Below, one piece after another: positions 7,719 to 16,485 of a stretch of DNA of 22,318 bases (position 1 is the stretch's first letter; every line of letters begins with the position of its first letter). Below the pieces are notes generated by a model that saw nothing but the letters and a program-made list of their open reading frames with translations, did no database searches and was not told where the DNA came from. The translations under genes were made by a program, and so were the position numbers. Source of the stretch: Nitrospinales bacterium (GTDB taxonomy: Bacteria; Nitrospinota; Nitrospinia; Nitrospinales; JAJDAT01); contig JBHHYO010000046.1 of assembly GCA_046757665.1 (NCBI GenBank), positions 1 through 22,318 on the forward strand, given 5' to 3'.

Positions 7719-8624
7719 ATGGCCGACAAACGCGACATAATCCGGCCGGGGACAAAGGGCGATATCGTGCTTTTGGGGTTCCCGCATGACGAGGGGGTGG
7801 AGATCAACGGCGGCCGGGTCGGCGCCCGGTCGGGGCCGCAACGGTTTCGGTATCATATCCACCGGTTCGGCACAGTGTGTAATCCGCAAATGAACATCGA
7901 CCTGACGCATATCGCCCTTGCCGACGCAGGCGATATCCCAACCGACGGCGCGCTGGAGGAGGCGCACGCAAACCTCACCCGGCACGCGGAAACCATTCTT
8001 GCAGACGGCGGCATTCCCTTCGTGGTGGGGGGCGGCAACGACCAGTCCTATCCCAACGCCGCCGCCTTGTTAAATCAAAATCCGGAACAACCCGTGGGGG
8101 TGATCAATATCGACGCGCACCTGGACGTGCGGCCCCTGAAACAGGGCCGGGCGCACAGCGGCTCGCCCTTCCGCCTGTTGCTGGAGGATGACCGGTTCGA
8201 CGGACGAAATTTTGTCGAATTCGCCTCCCAGGGAAGCCAGTGCAACCAGGAGCACGCCGATTACGTTCGCGCCAAAAACGGCCGCATCCTTTGGCTGGAC
8301 GAGGCCCGGCGCGGCGACTGCATGAGCGCGTTCCGGGAATATCTCGGCAAACTGGCCTGGCGGTGCCCATCCATCTTCGTCAGCTTCGACCTCGACGCCA
8401 TTTGCGGGGCCGACGCGCCGGGCGTTTCCTGCCCGGGAATCGTCGGCCTGTCCGCCAGAGAGGCCTTGACCATTGCGTACATTGCAGGCTCGCACCCGCA
8501 AGTGGATTTGTTCGACCTTTCCGAATATAATCCGGAAGTTGAGGAATACCGCACCGGACGGCTGGCGGCGGGGATTTTTTATTATTTTTGTCTGGGAGCC
8601 GCTTCCAGAGCGGCAAGGACATGA
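7719..8624 (+). CDS. hutG: Formimidoylglutamase (arginase/ureohydrolase family)
   Basis: GFPHDEGVEINGGRVGA..GP, GGGND, NIDAHLDVR, HSGSPF, SFDLDA...APGVS; first gene of an operon with hutU and hutI. Confidence 0.9.
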   Translation: MADKRDIIRPGTKGDIVLLGFPHDEGVEINGGRVGARSGPQRFRYHIHRFGTVCNPQMNIDLTHIALADAGDIPTDGALEEAHANLTRHAETILADGGIPFVVGGGNDQSYPNAAALLNQNPEQPVGVINIDAHLDVRPLKQGRAHSGSPFRLLLEDDRFDGRNFVEFASQGSQCNQEHADYVRAKNGRILWLDEARRGDCMSAFREYLGKLAWRCPSIFVSFDLDAICGADAPGVSCPGIVGLSAREALTIAYIAGSHPQVDLFDLSEYNPEVEEYRTGRLAAGIFYYFCLGAASRAART

Positions 8625-10372
8625 CAATCGTTGCATTGCGTTCCAGCAAAAAACCACCCCGAAAAAACCCGCGAACCGCCTCCCCCTTGCGGCCGATGGC
8701 CATGGAACTGTGTCCGAAAAAATCGCCGCGTGCCGCAACCGGCCGCACGCTTCGATGTTGTGACTGGGACACCGAAGCCGCCTTGCGTATGTTGCAAAAC
8801 AACCTCGACGAACGGGTGGCGCTCAATTGGCAACAGTTGATCGTCTACGGAGGCAGTGGCCGCGCCGCCCGGAACTGGAAGGAATATCATCGCATCGTCA
8901 CCGCGCTCAAACGACTGCAAACCGACCAAACGCTTTGCGTGCAATCCGGCAAACCCGTCTATATCGCCCAAACGCACCCCGAGGCGCCCCGGGTGGTGAT
9001 CGCCAATTCCAACCTGGTCCCCGCCTACGCCACCCAGGAGCATTTCGACGCTCTCGACCGGGCCGGATTGATCATGTACGGCCAGATGACCGCCGGAAGC
9101 TGGATTTACATCGGCACGCAGGGCATTCTGCAAGGGACCTATGAAACGTTTGGCGCGTGCGCGAAACAGGATTTCGGCGCTACCAGCCTGGCCGGGAAAT
9201 GGATTTTTACCTCCGGGCTGGGCGCCATGGGCGGCGCGCAACCTCTGGCGGGCACCATGAACGAAGCCTGTATCCTCTGTGCCGAGGTCAACTCCCGCCA
9301 GGCAAAACGCATGGTGGCCGAGGGCTATTTGGACCGCGTAACCGGTTCCCTCAACCGGGCGCTGGCCTGGATCGACGACGCATTGTCCGCCGGCCGGCCG
9401 GTGAGCGTCGGGCTGGTGGCCAACGGCGCCACCACAGCCAAGCTCCTCCTGCAACGAGGCAGGATACCCGATATCGCTACCGACCAAACGCCCGCCCACA
9501 ACCTCATGGATTACGTTCCCGAAGGCGGCAGTTATTCGTCGCTCATGACCCTGCGCGCCAAGGACCCGGTGGAGTACCGGAAACGCTCCCAGGCAACCAT
9601 AGTCGAACATACCCGCGCCCTGATCGACCTGCAAAACCGCGGCGCGGTGGTTTTCGATTACGGCAACAACCTGCGCGGGCAAGCGGAAAGCGGCGGCCTG
9701 GCCGTGCGCCGCGCCGACGGAGCCTTTATCTATCCGGGGTTTGTCCCGGCTTACATCCGCCCCCTGTTTTGCGAGGGCCAGGGGCCGTTCCGCTGGGCGG
9801 TTCTGTCCGGAAGGAAAAAGGACCTGTGGGCCATCGACCAGGCGGTGATCGACACGTTTCCCGAAAAACCGGCCCTGAAGCGGTGGATCGAAAAAGCCCG
9901 CTTGCAGGTGCCCGTTCTGGGCTTGCCCACGCGGGTCTGCTGGCTGGGCTACGGCGAACGCACCCGCCTGGGCACGGCGATCAACCGCATGGTAAAAACC
10001 GGCCGGGTGACAGCGCCCGTGGTGATCGGCCGCGACCACCTCGACTGCGGCAGTGTCGCCTCTCCCAACCGCGAAACGGAAGCCATGCGCGACGGTAGCG
10101 ACGCCGTGGCCGATTGGCCCTTGTTGAATTTCATCCTCAACGGCATTTCAGGCGCCAGCTGGGTCAGCTTCCATCACGGCGGCGGCGTCGGCATCGGCAA
10201 CTCCCTCCATGCCGGCATGGTCATCGTCGCCGACGGCACACGCAAAAAACAGGCCCGCCTGGACCGCGTCCTGACCAACGACCCCGGGTTGGGCGTCGCC
10301 CGCCACGCCGACGCAGGCTACGAAAAAGCCAAAACCATCGCAACAAAAAGAGGCGTCCGGATTCCCCAATGA
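8621..10372 (+). CDS. hutU: Urocanate hydratase
   Basis: EAALRMLQNNLD, YGQMTAGSWIYIGTQGILQGTYETF, GRDHLDCGSVASPNRETE, HHGGGVGIG. ATG 8621 forms an ATGA overlap with the hutG stop. Confidence 0.97.
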   Translation: MTIVALRSSKKPPRKNPRTASPLRPMAMELCPKKSPRAATGRTLRCCDWDTEAALRMLQNNLDERVALNWQQLIVYGGSGRAARNWKEYHRIVTALKRLQTDQTLCVQSGKPVYIAQTHPEAPRVVIANSNLVPAYATQEHFDALDRAGLIMYGQMTAGSWIYIGTQGILQGTYETFGACAKQDFGATSLAGKWIFTSGLGAMGGAQPLAGTMNEACILCAEVNSRQAKRMVAEGYLDRVTGSLNRALAWIDDALSAGRPVSVGLVANGATTAKLLLQRGRIPDIATDQTPAHNLMDYVPEGGSYSSLMTLRAKDPVEYRKRSQATIVEHTRALIDLQNRGAVVFDYGNNLRGQAESGGLAVRRADGAFIYPGFVPAYIRPLFCEGQGPFRWAVLSGRKKDLWAIDQAVIDTFPEKPALKRWIEKARLQVPVLGLPTRVCWLGYGERTRLGTAINRMVKTGRVTAPVVIGRDHLDCGSVASPNRETEAMRDGSDAVADWPLLNFILNGISGASWVSFHHGGGVGIGNSLHAGMVIVADGTRKKQARLDRVLTNDPGLGVARHADAGYEKAKTIATKRGVRIPQ

Positions 10373-11598
10373 CGACCAACCGAACCTGTTTCAGAAATAT
10401 CGGCGAGTTGATCCAGGTCGATAAAAACTCAAAATTGAAAATACGCAACCGGTGCGCGCTGGTCGTTCATAATGGCCGGGTGAAAAAAATCATTCGCGAT
10501 TCGGCGGTCACAGCGTCGGACTATTCGAAAATCGTTGACCTGAACGGCACGTCGGTTATCCCGGGCCTGGTGGATTGTCACACGCACCTGATCCATGCGG
10601 GCCAGCGCAAGGAAGAAATGGAGGCGCGCGCCCGGGGCGACTCCTATATGGAAATTCTTAAAAGCGGCGGCGGCATCCACGCCACCGTGGAGGCCACCCG
10701 CAAAGCTTCCGAGCCGGCGCTGTTCCGGGCGGCGGAAAAACGCATGGAACGCATGATGACCCTCGGCACCACGGCGTTTGAAATCAAGTCGGGTTACGGC
10801 CTCAACCTGGAAACGGAAATGAAAATGCTCCGTGTGGGCCGGCGGTTGCGCGACCGGTTCAAGGTCCCTCTCGCCTTGACCTACCTGGGGGCGCACGCCG
10901 TGCCGCGGGAACGCGACAAGTACGAATACCTTAACGATGTCATCGCCAACCTGCGGCAATTCTGCGGGCTGGCGGATGCCGTGGACATCTTCTGCGAACG
11001 CGATGTGTTTTCCGCCGCCGATTTGCGGCGGCTGTTTCTCCAGGCAAAGTTACTGGGATTCCATCTGCGGGCGCACGTGGAGGAGCTGTCCCGCCAGGGA
11101 GGCTGTTTTGAAGCGGCCCGGCTGGGGGCATTATCCTGCGATCATCTGGAACACGCCAACCCCACCGACATCCGCGCCATGAAACTCAGTGGCGCCGTGG
11201 CCGTCCTCATGCCCGGCGTCACGTTTTTTCTCGGCGGCGGCAAACTTCCGCTGGCCCACACCATGCTGGATGCGGGCGTACCCATCGCCCTGGCTACGGA
11301 TTGCAACCCGGGAAGCTGTCCATCTTACAATATGCAAACCGTACTTTACCTCGCCGCCTCCCTGTATCGCCTGACCCCCGACCAGGCGCTGGCGGCCGCG
11401 ACCCGCGGGTCGGCCCGGGCCTTGAACGGCGGGCAGGATTTCGGCGGACTGTTGCCCGGCGAACGCGCCGATTTCCTGGCACTCACAACCGGCGATTACC
11501 GCGACTTGTTTTATTACTTCGGCGAAAATTTCGTCAACCAGGCCTATTCCGCCGGCAAACCGGTGAAACGTGTGAAAAATCCGTTCACCACGGGTTGA
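10369..11598 (+). CDS. hutI: Imidazolonepropionase
   Basis: PGLVDCHTH, GGGIHATV, EIKSGYGL, DIFCE, HVEEL, SCDHLE, ALATDCNPG. ATG 10369 forms an ATGA overlap with the hutU stop. Confidence 0.95.
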   Translation: MTTNRTCFRNIGELIQVDKNSKLKIRNRCALVVHNGRVKKIIRDSAVTASDYSKIVDLNGTSVIPGLVDCHTHLIHAGQRKEEMEARARGDSYMEILKSGGGIHATVEATRKASEPALFRAAEKRMERMMTLGTTAFEIKSGYGLNLETEMKMLRVGRRLRDRFKVPLALTYLGAHAVPRERDKYEYLNDVIANLRQFCGLADAVDIFCERDVFSAADLRRLFLQAKLLGFHLRAHVEELSRQGGCFEAARLGALSCDHLEHANPTDIRAMKLSGAVAVLMPGVTFFLGGGKLPLAHTMLDAGVPIALATDCNPGSCPSYNMQTVLYLAASLYRLTPDQALAAATRGSARALNGGQDFGGLLPGERADFLALTTGDYRDLFYYFGENFVNQAYSAGKPVKRVKNPFTTG

Positions 11599-11607
11599 CA
11601 GCCGATG

Positions 11608-11636
11608 TTGAAAAAAATGCCAAGAAAAGCTAAACT
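11608..11636 (+). promoter_or_regulatory. Putative sigma70 promoter for the TPR gene
   Basis: TTGAAA (11608-11613), 17-nt spacer, TAAACT (11631-11636). Confidence 0.4.
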
Positions 11637-11738
11637 TTGAAAATCCGGCAAACTTCGGATCATTTTCGCGCCTTATTAAAGAAAAGTTAGTGTGCCGAAT
11701 TCTTTGAGAGGCGCGGCGCCAAGGAGAAACAACCCGCT

Positions 11739-12800
11739 ATGCGGAGAAAATATTTCAGGAAACTGTTGAGGCGATTCATGGTCGGCAAACGATACCGCCC
11801 GTCGGAGGAGGAGCGGCAGGAGGTGCTGGATCTGGTGAAAGACAATTACCACCCGTCGGCCTTGGAGAAAATCGCACCGCCGATCGAAGCCGCGGAGACC
11901 CGGCCCGACGAGCAACGCTCACCGGAAGATTACCTGGTCCTGGCAACAGACGCCTACCGCACCGGCGAGCACGAGCAAGCCCTGGAGTACGCCTTTGCCG
12001 GACTGCACCTGCACCCTGGCGACGACCGGGTGGCTTCCAGCCTGCGGAACCGGCTGGGTACGGTGTTCAAGGTCCTGGGCGTCAAGTCCCTGGCGGTCCG
12101 CAATTTCGACCGCGCCCTCGGTCTCGACCCCAACTGCCACGGCCCCCTGTACAACCTGGGCATGGTCTACTTCGAGCAAGGCAAATTCGAGGATGCGGAA
12201 AAAAAACTTCAGGAGGCGATTCGGTTCGACCCGCCAAATCCCGATTACCACAACGACCTGGGCAAGGTTTATCTCACCCAAAAGCTCTACGACGAGGCGG
12301 AAGAGGCCTTCCGGGAAGCCATCCGGCTGAACGGCTCCAAGGTGGCTTACCGCATCAACCTGGCCTTGACGCATTATGACCGGCAACAGTTCGGCAAGGC
12401 GCGGGAACAAGTCATCGAGGCCATTGAACAGAATCCGAGCCAGCCACTGCCCCACATGATTTTCGGAAACATCTGCTTCAAGCAACGCCGGTACAAGGAA
12501 GCGGAAGCGGCCTATAGAGAGGCCTTGAAACTGGATTCCGGAAGCACCACAATCTATAACCTTTTGGGCGATTTATATTTTGAGCAAAAACAGTACGGCC
12601 CGGCGGAAACGGAATACCAGCGGGCCGCCGGACTGCAACCCAACAACGCCAAAGCCCACAAAAACCTGGGCCGCGTCTACCTGGCCCAGGAACGGTTTGC
12701 GGAAGCCGAGGCGGAATTGAAAAAATCCATCCGGCTCGACCCCGCCGCCGCCGCCGGACTGATCAACTTCAAAATCACCCCGCCGAAAAAAAAAGCGTAA
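11739..12800 (+). CDS. Tetratricopeptide repeat protein
   Basis: About 7-8 tandem 34-aa TPR units (YNLGMVYFEQGKFEDAEKKLQEAIRFDP, HNDLGKVY, HKNLGRVY); AAGGAG upstream. Confidence 0.9.
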   Translation: MRRKYFRKLLRRFMVGKRYRPSEEERQEVLDLVKDNYHPSALEKIAPPIEAAETRPDEQRSPEDYLVLATDAYRTGEHEQALEYAFAGLHLHPGDDRVASSLRNRLGTVFKVLGVKSLAVRNFDRALGLDPNCHGPLYNLGMVYFEQGKFEDAEKKLQEAIRFDPPNPDYHNDLGKVYLTQKLYDEAEEAFREAIRLNGSKVAYRINLALTHYDRQQFGKAREQVIEAIEQNPSQPLPHMIFGNICFKQRRYKEAEAAYREALKLDSGSTTIYNLLGDLYFEQKQYGPAETEYQRAAGLQPNNAKAHKNLGRVYLAQERFAEAEAELKKSIRLDPAAAAGLINFKITPPKKKA

Positions 12801-12809
12801 AACCCCCGT

Positions 12810-12820
12810 CCCCCTGATCC
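12810..12820. repeat. Direct repeat copy 1, CCCCCTGATCC, left of the TA module
   Basis: Identical to 13564-13574; extends to CCCCCTGATCC(G/A)CG with one mismatch. Confidence 0.6.
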
Positions 12821-12873
12821 GCGAAGACACGCATCTCAACAGCGCGCCTTTGAATGGAAATACGGTAAACGTA

Positions 12874-12914
12874 TTGAAACTATTTTGGTTCTATGGGATA
12901 TTTAAGCTATATCC
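12874..12914 (+). promoter_or_regulatory. TA promoter with overlapping palindromic operator
   Basis: TTGAAA (12874-12879), N17, GATATT (12897-12902) preceded by TG; inverted repeat GGATAT-N7-ATATCC (12896-12914). Confidence 0.45.
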
Positions 12915-13121
12915 ATGGAGGAAATCATGAATACGTCATCCATTAAAGCAAAATTGGATTCCATAGAACAGGAGTTGGTGTTCGTTAAAAAAGCATTAAA
13001 GGAACACCAACCGAAATCCGGCGAAAACAAATCGATAAACGATTTGTGCGGTACCTGGAAAACCGACACAAGTATGGACGAGTTGGAATCCATCCAAATC
13101 CAACCGCGACCCGCCCCCTGA
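12915..13121 (+). CDS. Putative antitoxin (VapB-like by position)
   Basis: 68 aa, directly abutting the PIN gene (TGA-ATG); SINDLCGTWK resembles the L.G.W motif seen in PIN-associated antitoxins; AT-rich. Confidence 0.65.
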   Translation: MEEIMNTSSIKAKLDSIEQELVFVKKALKEHQPKSGENKSINDLCGTWKTDTSMDELESIQIQPRPAP

Positions 13122-13515
13122 ATGAAGTATCATATTCTCGACACCCATACGCTCGTGTGGTTTATTGAAAACAATCCGACACTTTCCCAAAAAGCAAAAG
13201 ATGCCATCCTCGATTCCAATTCGAAAAAGGTTATTTCAGTCATTGTCCTGGCCGAATTAAAATTTCTCGCAAACAAAAACCGCTTTCAACCCAAATTTGA
13301 ACATATCCTGGAATTTATCGAAAACGACCCCCACATGCCTGATCTACCCCGTGGATCTAAATATTGTGGAAAAAATCCCGGAAAATCTTGAAATTCACGA
13401 TGGGATCATTGCGGCAACCGCACGATTGTTTTCAGACTTGCCGGATTCGGAAACGCTCCTGATCACAAAAGACAAAAAATTGTCTCAATCGCCAATGGTC
13501 CAAACCCTGTGGTGA
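13122..13515 (+). pseudogene. vapC: PIN-domain VapC-like toxin split by a +1 frameshift
   Basis: ILDTHTLVWF...SVIVLAEL in one frame and EIHDGIIAATA...LITKDKKL in another. Removing one C from the C5 run at 13328-13332 restores a 130-aa PIN protein (...ENDPTCLIYPVD...). Confidence 0.82.
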
Positions 13516-13563
13516 GTTTATTTTCCCTTCCCGATTTGAAAAAAGGCGAGCGATATTCCTCCG

Positions 13564-13574
13564 CCCCCTGATCC
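13564..13574. repeat. Direct repeat copy 2, CCCCCTGATCC, right of the TA module
   Basis: Identical to 12810-12820. Confidence 0.6.
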
Positions 13575-13685
13575 ACGCCGCGCAACGTCAAGGTTTATTC
13601 CAACCCAACGTCTCTTGAGAAAATAGAGCGCCGTTTGACTCTCCGCGTTTGAATCTCCTCGGCTTTTTCATTTACGGCGGTCTGC

Positions 13686-13694
13686 TGTTATAAT
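13686..13694 (+). promoter_or_regulatory. Extended -10 promoter (TGtTATAAT) for hemY, probably leaderless
   Basis: Perfect TGnTATAAT ends 6 nt before ATG 13701; no SD sequence is present. Confidence 0.65.
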
Positions 13695-13700
13695 GTCTGC

Positions 13701-15116
13701 ATGAAGAAAATCGTGATCATCGGCGGCGGCATCGCCGGACTGGCGGCGGCGTATCGGATTCAGCGGGAAATCGACGAAAGCCAAGCGTCCATCGAGTGCG
13801 TCCTGCTGGAAGGCGCGAACCGGCTCGGCGGCAAAATCCGCACGGAACGATTCGACGGCTTTATCGTCGAGGGCGGCCCCGATTCCTTTATTTCGCAAAA
13901 ACCGTGGGCCATCGAGCTGTGCAAGCAACTCGGCATCGGCGACCGGCTGGTCGGCACCAACCCGGATCAAACGTCTACCTACGTTTACACGGGCAAAAAG
14001 CTGTGCCCCATGCCCGACGGCCTGAGTTTGATGATCCCCACCCGGTTTCTGCCATTCATAACAAGCCCGTTGTTCAGTCTGGCGGGCAAGCTTCGCATGG
14101 GCATGGACTTGCTGGCTCCCAAAAAAGCCGACGATTCCGATGAAAGCCTGGCTTCTTTTACCCGCCGCCGCCTGGGCGAGGAGTGCCTGAAAAAAATGGC
14201 CGAGCCGATGCTGGCGGGAATCTATGCCGCCGATCCGGAGAAGATGAGCATCAAGGCCACCTTCCCCATGTTCTTCCAGACGGAGCAAAAACACCGTTCG
14301 CTGATCCTCGGAATGCTGGCCCGGAAACGGATGGCTCCGGTTAAAACCAATTCCTATTCCCTGTTCATGACATTGAAAAACGGTTTGGGGGAAATGGTGG
14401 AAACGCTTGTCGAAAAGTCGCCGGCGGTTTCGTTCCGCACGGCGGTGAAGGTGGACGCCGTGATGCGCAATGCAAACGGTGAAGGGCGCGGCTGGCGGGT
14501 GATGCTTGCCGATGGCGGCGACCTGGAAGCGGACGTGGTGATTCTCGCGCCACCGGCCAATATCGCCGCGCAATTGCTCCGCGACACCGCGCCGCAAATA
14601 ACGAAACTATTGAGCCAGATCCATTACGTCTCCACGGCAACGATCACCCTGGCTTACCGGAAGGACGGGTTTTCGCATCCGCTCAACGGCTTCGGGTTTG
14701 TGGTGCCCACGGCGGAAAAACGAAGCATCATGGCTTGCACGTGGACTTCGACCAAGTTCCCGCAACGCGCACCCAGCGACTTTGTTCTGTTACGCTGTTT
14801 CGTCGGCGGCGCATTGCGCGAAGAACTGGCGGAGCGGAACGCCGAATCCATCGCGGCGCTCGTCCAGGACGATTTACGGGACATTATGGGCATCCGCCAG
14901 AAACCGGTTTTCTGCCGGGTGTACGGCAATCGAAAAGCCAATGTGCAGTATCATGTGGGACACGAAACGCTGATCGGCAAGGTGGGGCGGGAGTTGCAAA
15001 ACCACCCCGGCCTGTATCTTGCCGGTAGCGCCTACACCGGTATCGGCTTGCCGGACTGCATTCTGAACGGCACGCGGGCGGCGGAGTCCGCCCTTGCCGG
15101 TTGCAAACAAATCTGA
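13701..15116 (+). CDS. hemY: FAD-dependent protoporphyrinogen/coproporphyrinogen oxidase (HemY family)
   Basis: IIGGGIAGLAAAY dinucleotide-binding motif, RLGGKIRT, EGGPDSF, AGIYAADPEKMS, GFGFVVP, GIGLPDCI. Confidence 0.93.
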   Translation: MKKIVIIGGGIAGLAAAYRIQREIDESQASIECVLLEGANRLGGKIRTERFDGFIVEGGPDSFISQKPWAIELCKQLGIGDRLVGTNPDQTSTYVYTGKKLCPMPDGLSLMIPTRFLPFITSPLFSLAGKLRMGMDLLAPKKADDSDESLASFTRRRLGEECLKKMAEPMLAGIYAADPEKMSIKATFPMFFQTEQKHRSLILGMLARKRMAPVKTNSYSLFMTLKNGLGEMVETLVEKSPAVSFRTAVKVDAVMRNANGEGRGWRVMLADGGDLEADVVILAPPANIAAQLLRDTAPQITKLLSQIHYVSTATITLAYRKDGFSHPLNGFGFVVPTAEKRSIMACTWTSTKFPQRAPSDFVLLRCFVGGALREELAERNAESIAALVQDDLRDIMGIRQKPVFCRVYGNRKANVQYHVGHETLIGKVGRELQNHPGLYLAGSAYTGIGLPDCILNGTRAAESALAGCKQI

Positions 15117-15169
15117 CTGACGTCCGGCGGCGCGTCTTGAAACACCGCGGCGGCGAAAAGGAGACAATT

Positions 15170-16360
15170 ATGAAATGGGCTTCCAAACTTTCCACCGGCG
15201 ACACCATCGATTCCTGCATTGAAGAAACCAGCGCGGCCGTCCTGGAGCAACTGGGCGGCCGGGAGGTCCACCTGACCGTGATCTTCGTCTCCCCCCAGTT
15301 TCGCGGCGATTATCCGCGCATCCCGGCGTTGATCCGCGAGCGGATGAATCCGGGAGTGCTGATCGGCTGTTCCGGCGGCGGCATCATCGGCGGCGGCCGC
15401 GAGGTAGAGCAACGGGCGGCTTTCAGCATGACCTGCGCGCATTTGCCTGGAGCCGATATCCAGCCGTTTTATTCCGACGCCGTGAACCTGCCGGACCAGG
15501 ACACCGCGCCGGGGGTTTGGCGGGACTGGCTGGGAGTCAAGGCGGAAACCCATCCGGATTTCATCATGCTGGCCGACCCCTTTTCCTTTCGCGGCGAGGA
15601 ATTTCTGCAAGGGCTGGATTTCGCCTACCCCGACAGCACGAAAGTCGGCGGGCTGGCCAGCGGGTCGAACGTCGGCGGCGGCAACGCTCTTTACCTGGGT
15701 GACGAGATTCACGCCGAGGGGCTGGTCGGAGTGGCGCTCAGCGGCAATATTCAAGTGGACACCATCGTCGCGCAAGGTTGCCGGCCCATCGGACGGGTTC
15801 TTACGATCAGCAAATGCCGGAATACCCTGCTCATGGAACTGGAGGGCCGCACCGCCTTTGAAGTACTGGAAGACCTCATCGACAACGCGAATGAACGCGA
15901 CCGCGGGCTCATCCATACGTCCCTGTTTTTGGGGATCGAAATGGACCCCCTGGCGGACGACCCGAAGCAGGGCGATTTCCTCATCCGCAACATCATCGGC
16001 GCCGACCGGGAAGCCGGGGCGATTTCCATCGGCGCCTATCTGCGCGAAGGCCAACTGGTGCAGTTCCACCTGCGCGACAAGGTGATGTCCGCGGAGGACT
16101 TGAGCCTGTTGCTCTCCAAGTATTCATCCGGGGAGAATGCCCGGGACGCCCGGGGGGCGCTGTTGTTCTCCTGCCTGGGCCGCGGGCAACACCTTTACGG
16201 AAAACCCGACCACGACTCGAACCTGTTCCTGGAAAAACTGGGTGACATCCCGCTGGGCGGTTTTTTCTGCAACGGCGAAATCGGCCCCGTCGGCAAAACC
16301 ACTTACCTGCACGGCTACACCAGTTCGTTCGGCATTTTCAGAAGCGCCGGGAATCCGTGA
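15170..16360 (+). CDS. FIST (FIST_N + FIST_C) domain protein, NosP-like
   Basis: LIGCSGGGIIG, LADPFSF, VGGLASG, VAQGCRPIG, LLFSCLGRG, GFFCNGEIGP, LHGYT; AAGGAG upstream of ATG 15170. Confidence 0.9.
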   Translation: MKWASKLSTGDTIDSCIEETSAAVLEQLGGREVHLTVIFVSPQFRGDYPRIPALIRERMNPGVLIGCSGGGIIGGGREVEQRAAFSMTCAHLPGADIQPFYSDAVNLPDQDTAPGVWRDWLGVKAETHPDFIMLADPFSFRGEEFLQGLDFAYPDSTKVGGLASGSNVGGGNALYLGDEIHAEGLVGVALSGNIQVDTIVAQGCRPIGRVLTISKCRNTLLMELEGRTAFEVLEDLIDNANERDRGLIHTSLFLGIEMDPLADDPKQGDFLIRNIIGADREAGAISIGAYLREGQLVQFHLRDKVMSAEDLSLLLSKYSSGENARDARGALLFSCLGRGQHLYGKPDHDSNLFLEKLGDIPLGGFFCNGEIGPVGKTTYLHGYTSSFGIFRSAGNP

Positions 16361-16485
16361 TGCAGGCGGGTGCGGGTCGGCAAGAAAAAGAGGAAAATTG
16401 AGGAAAAAAGCTTATTTCAAAATCTTTTTTTGGCATAATGAGGTACTAAAAGCCATGGCCCCATAACCTTTTATTCAAGTTTAAT

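Noticed and set aside
7539..7985. N-terminal extension of the 257-aa ORF 7212..7985
   Set aside because: Overlaps hutG antisense and the divergent promoter region; the plausible start is ATG 7538.
8582..10098. 485-aa antisense and 313-aa alternate-frame ORFs over hutU
   Set aside because: GC-rich shadow frames of a highly conserved gene.
13668..16069. 309-aa and 345-aa minus-strand ORFs
   Set aside because: Antisense shadows of hemY and the FIST gene.
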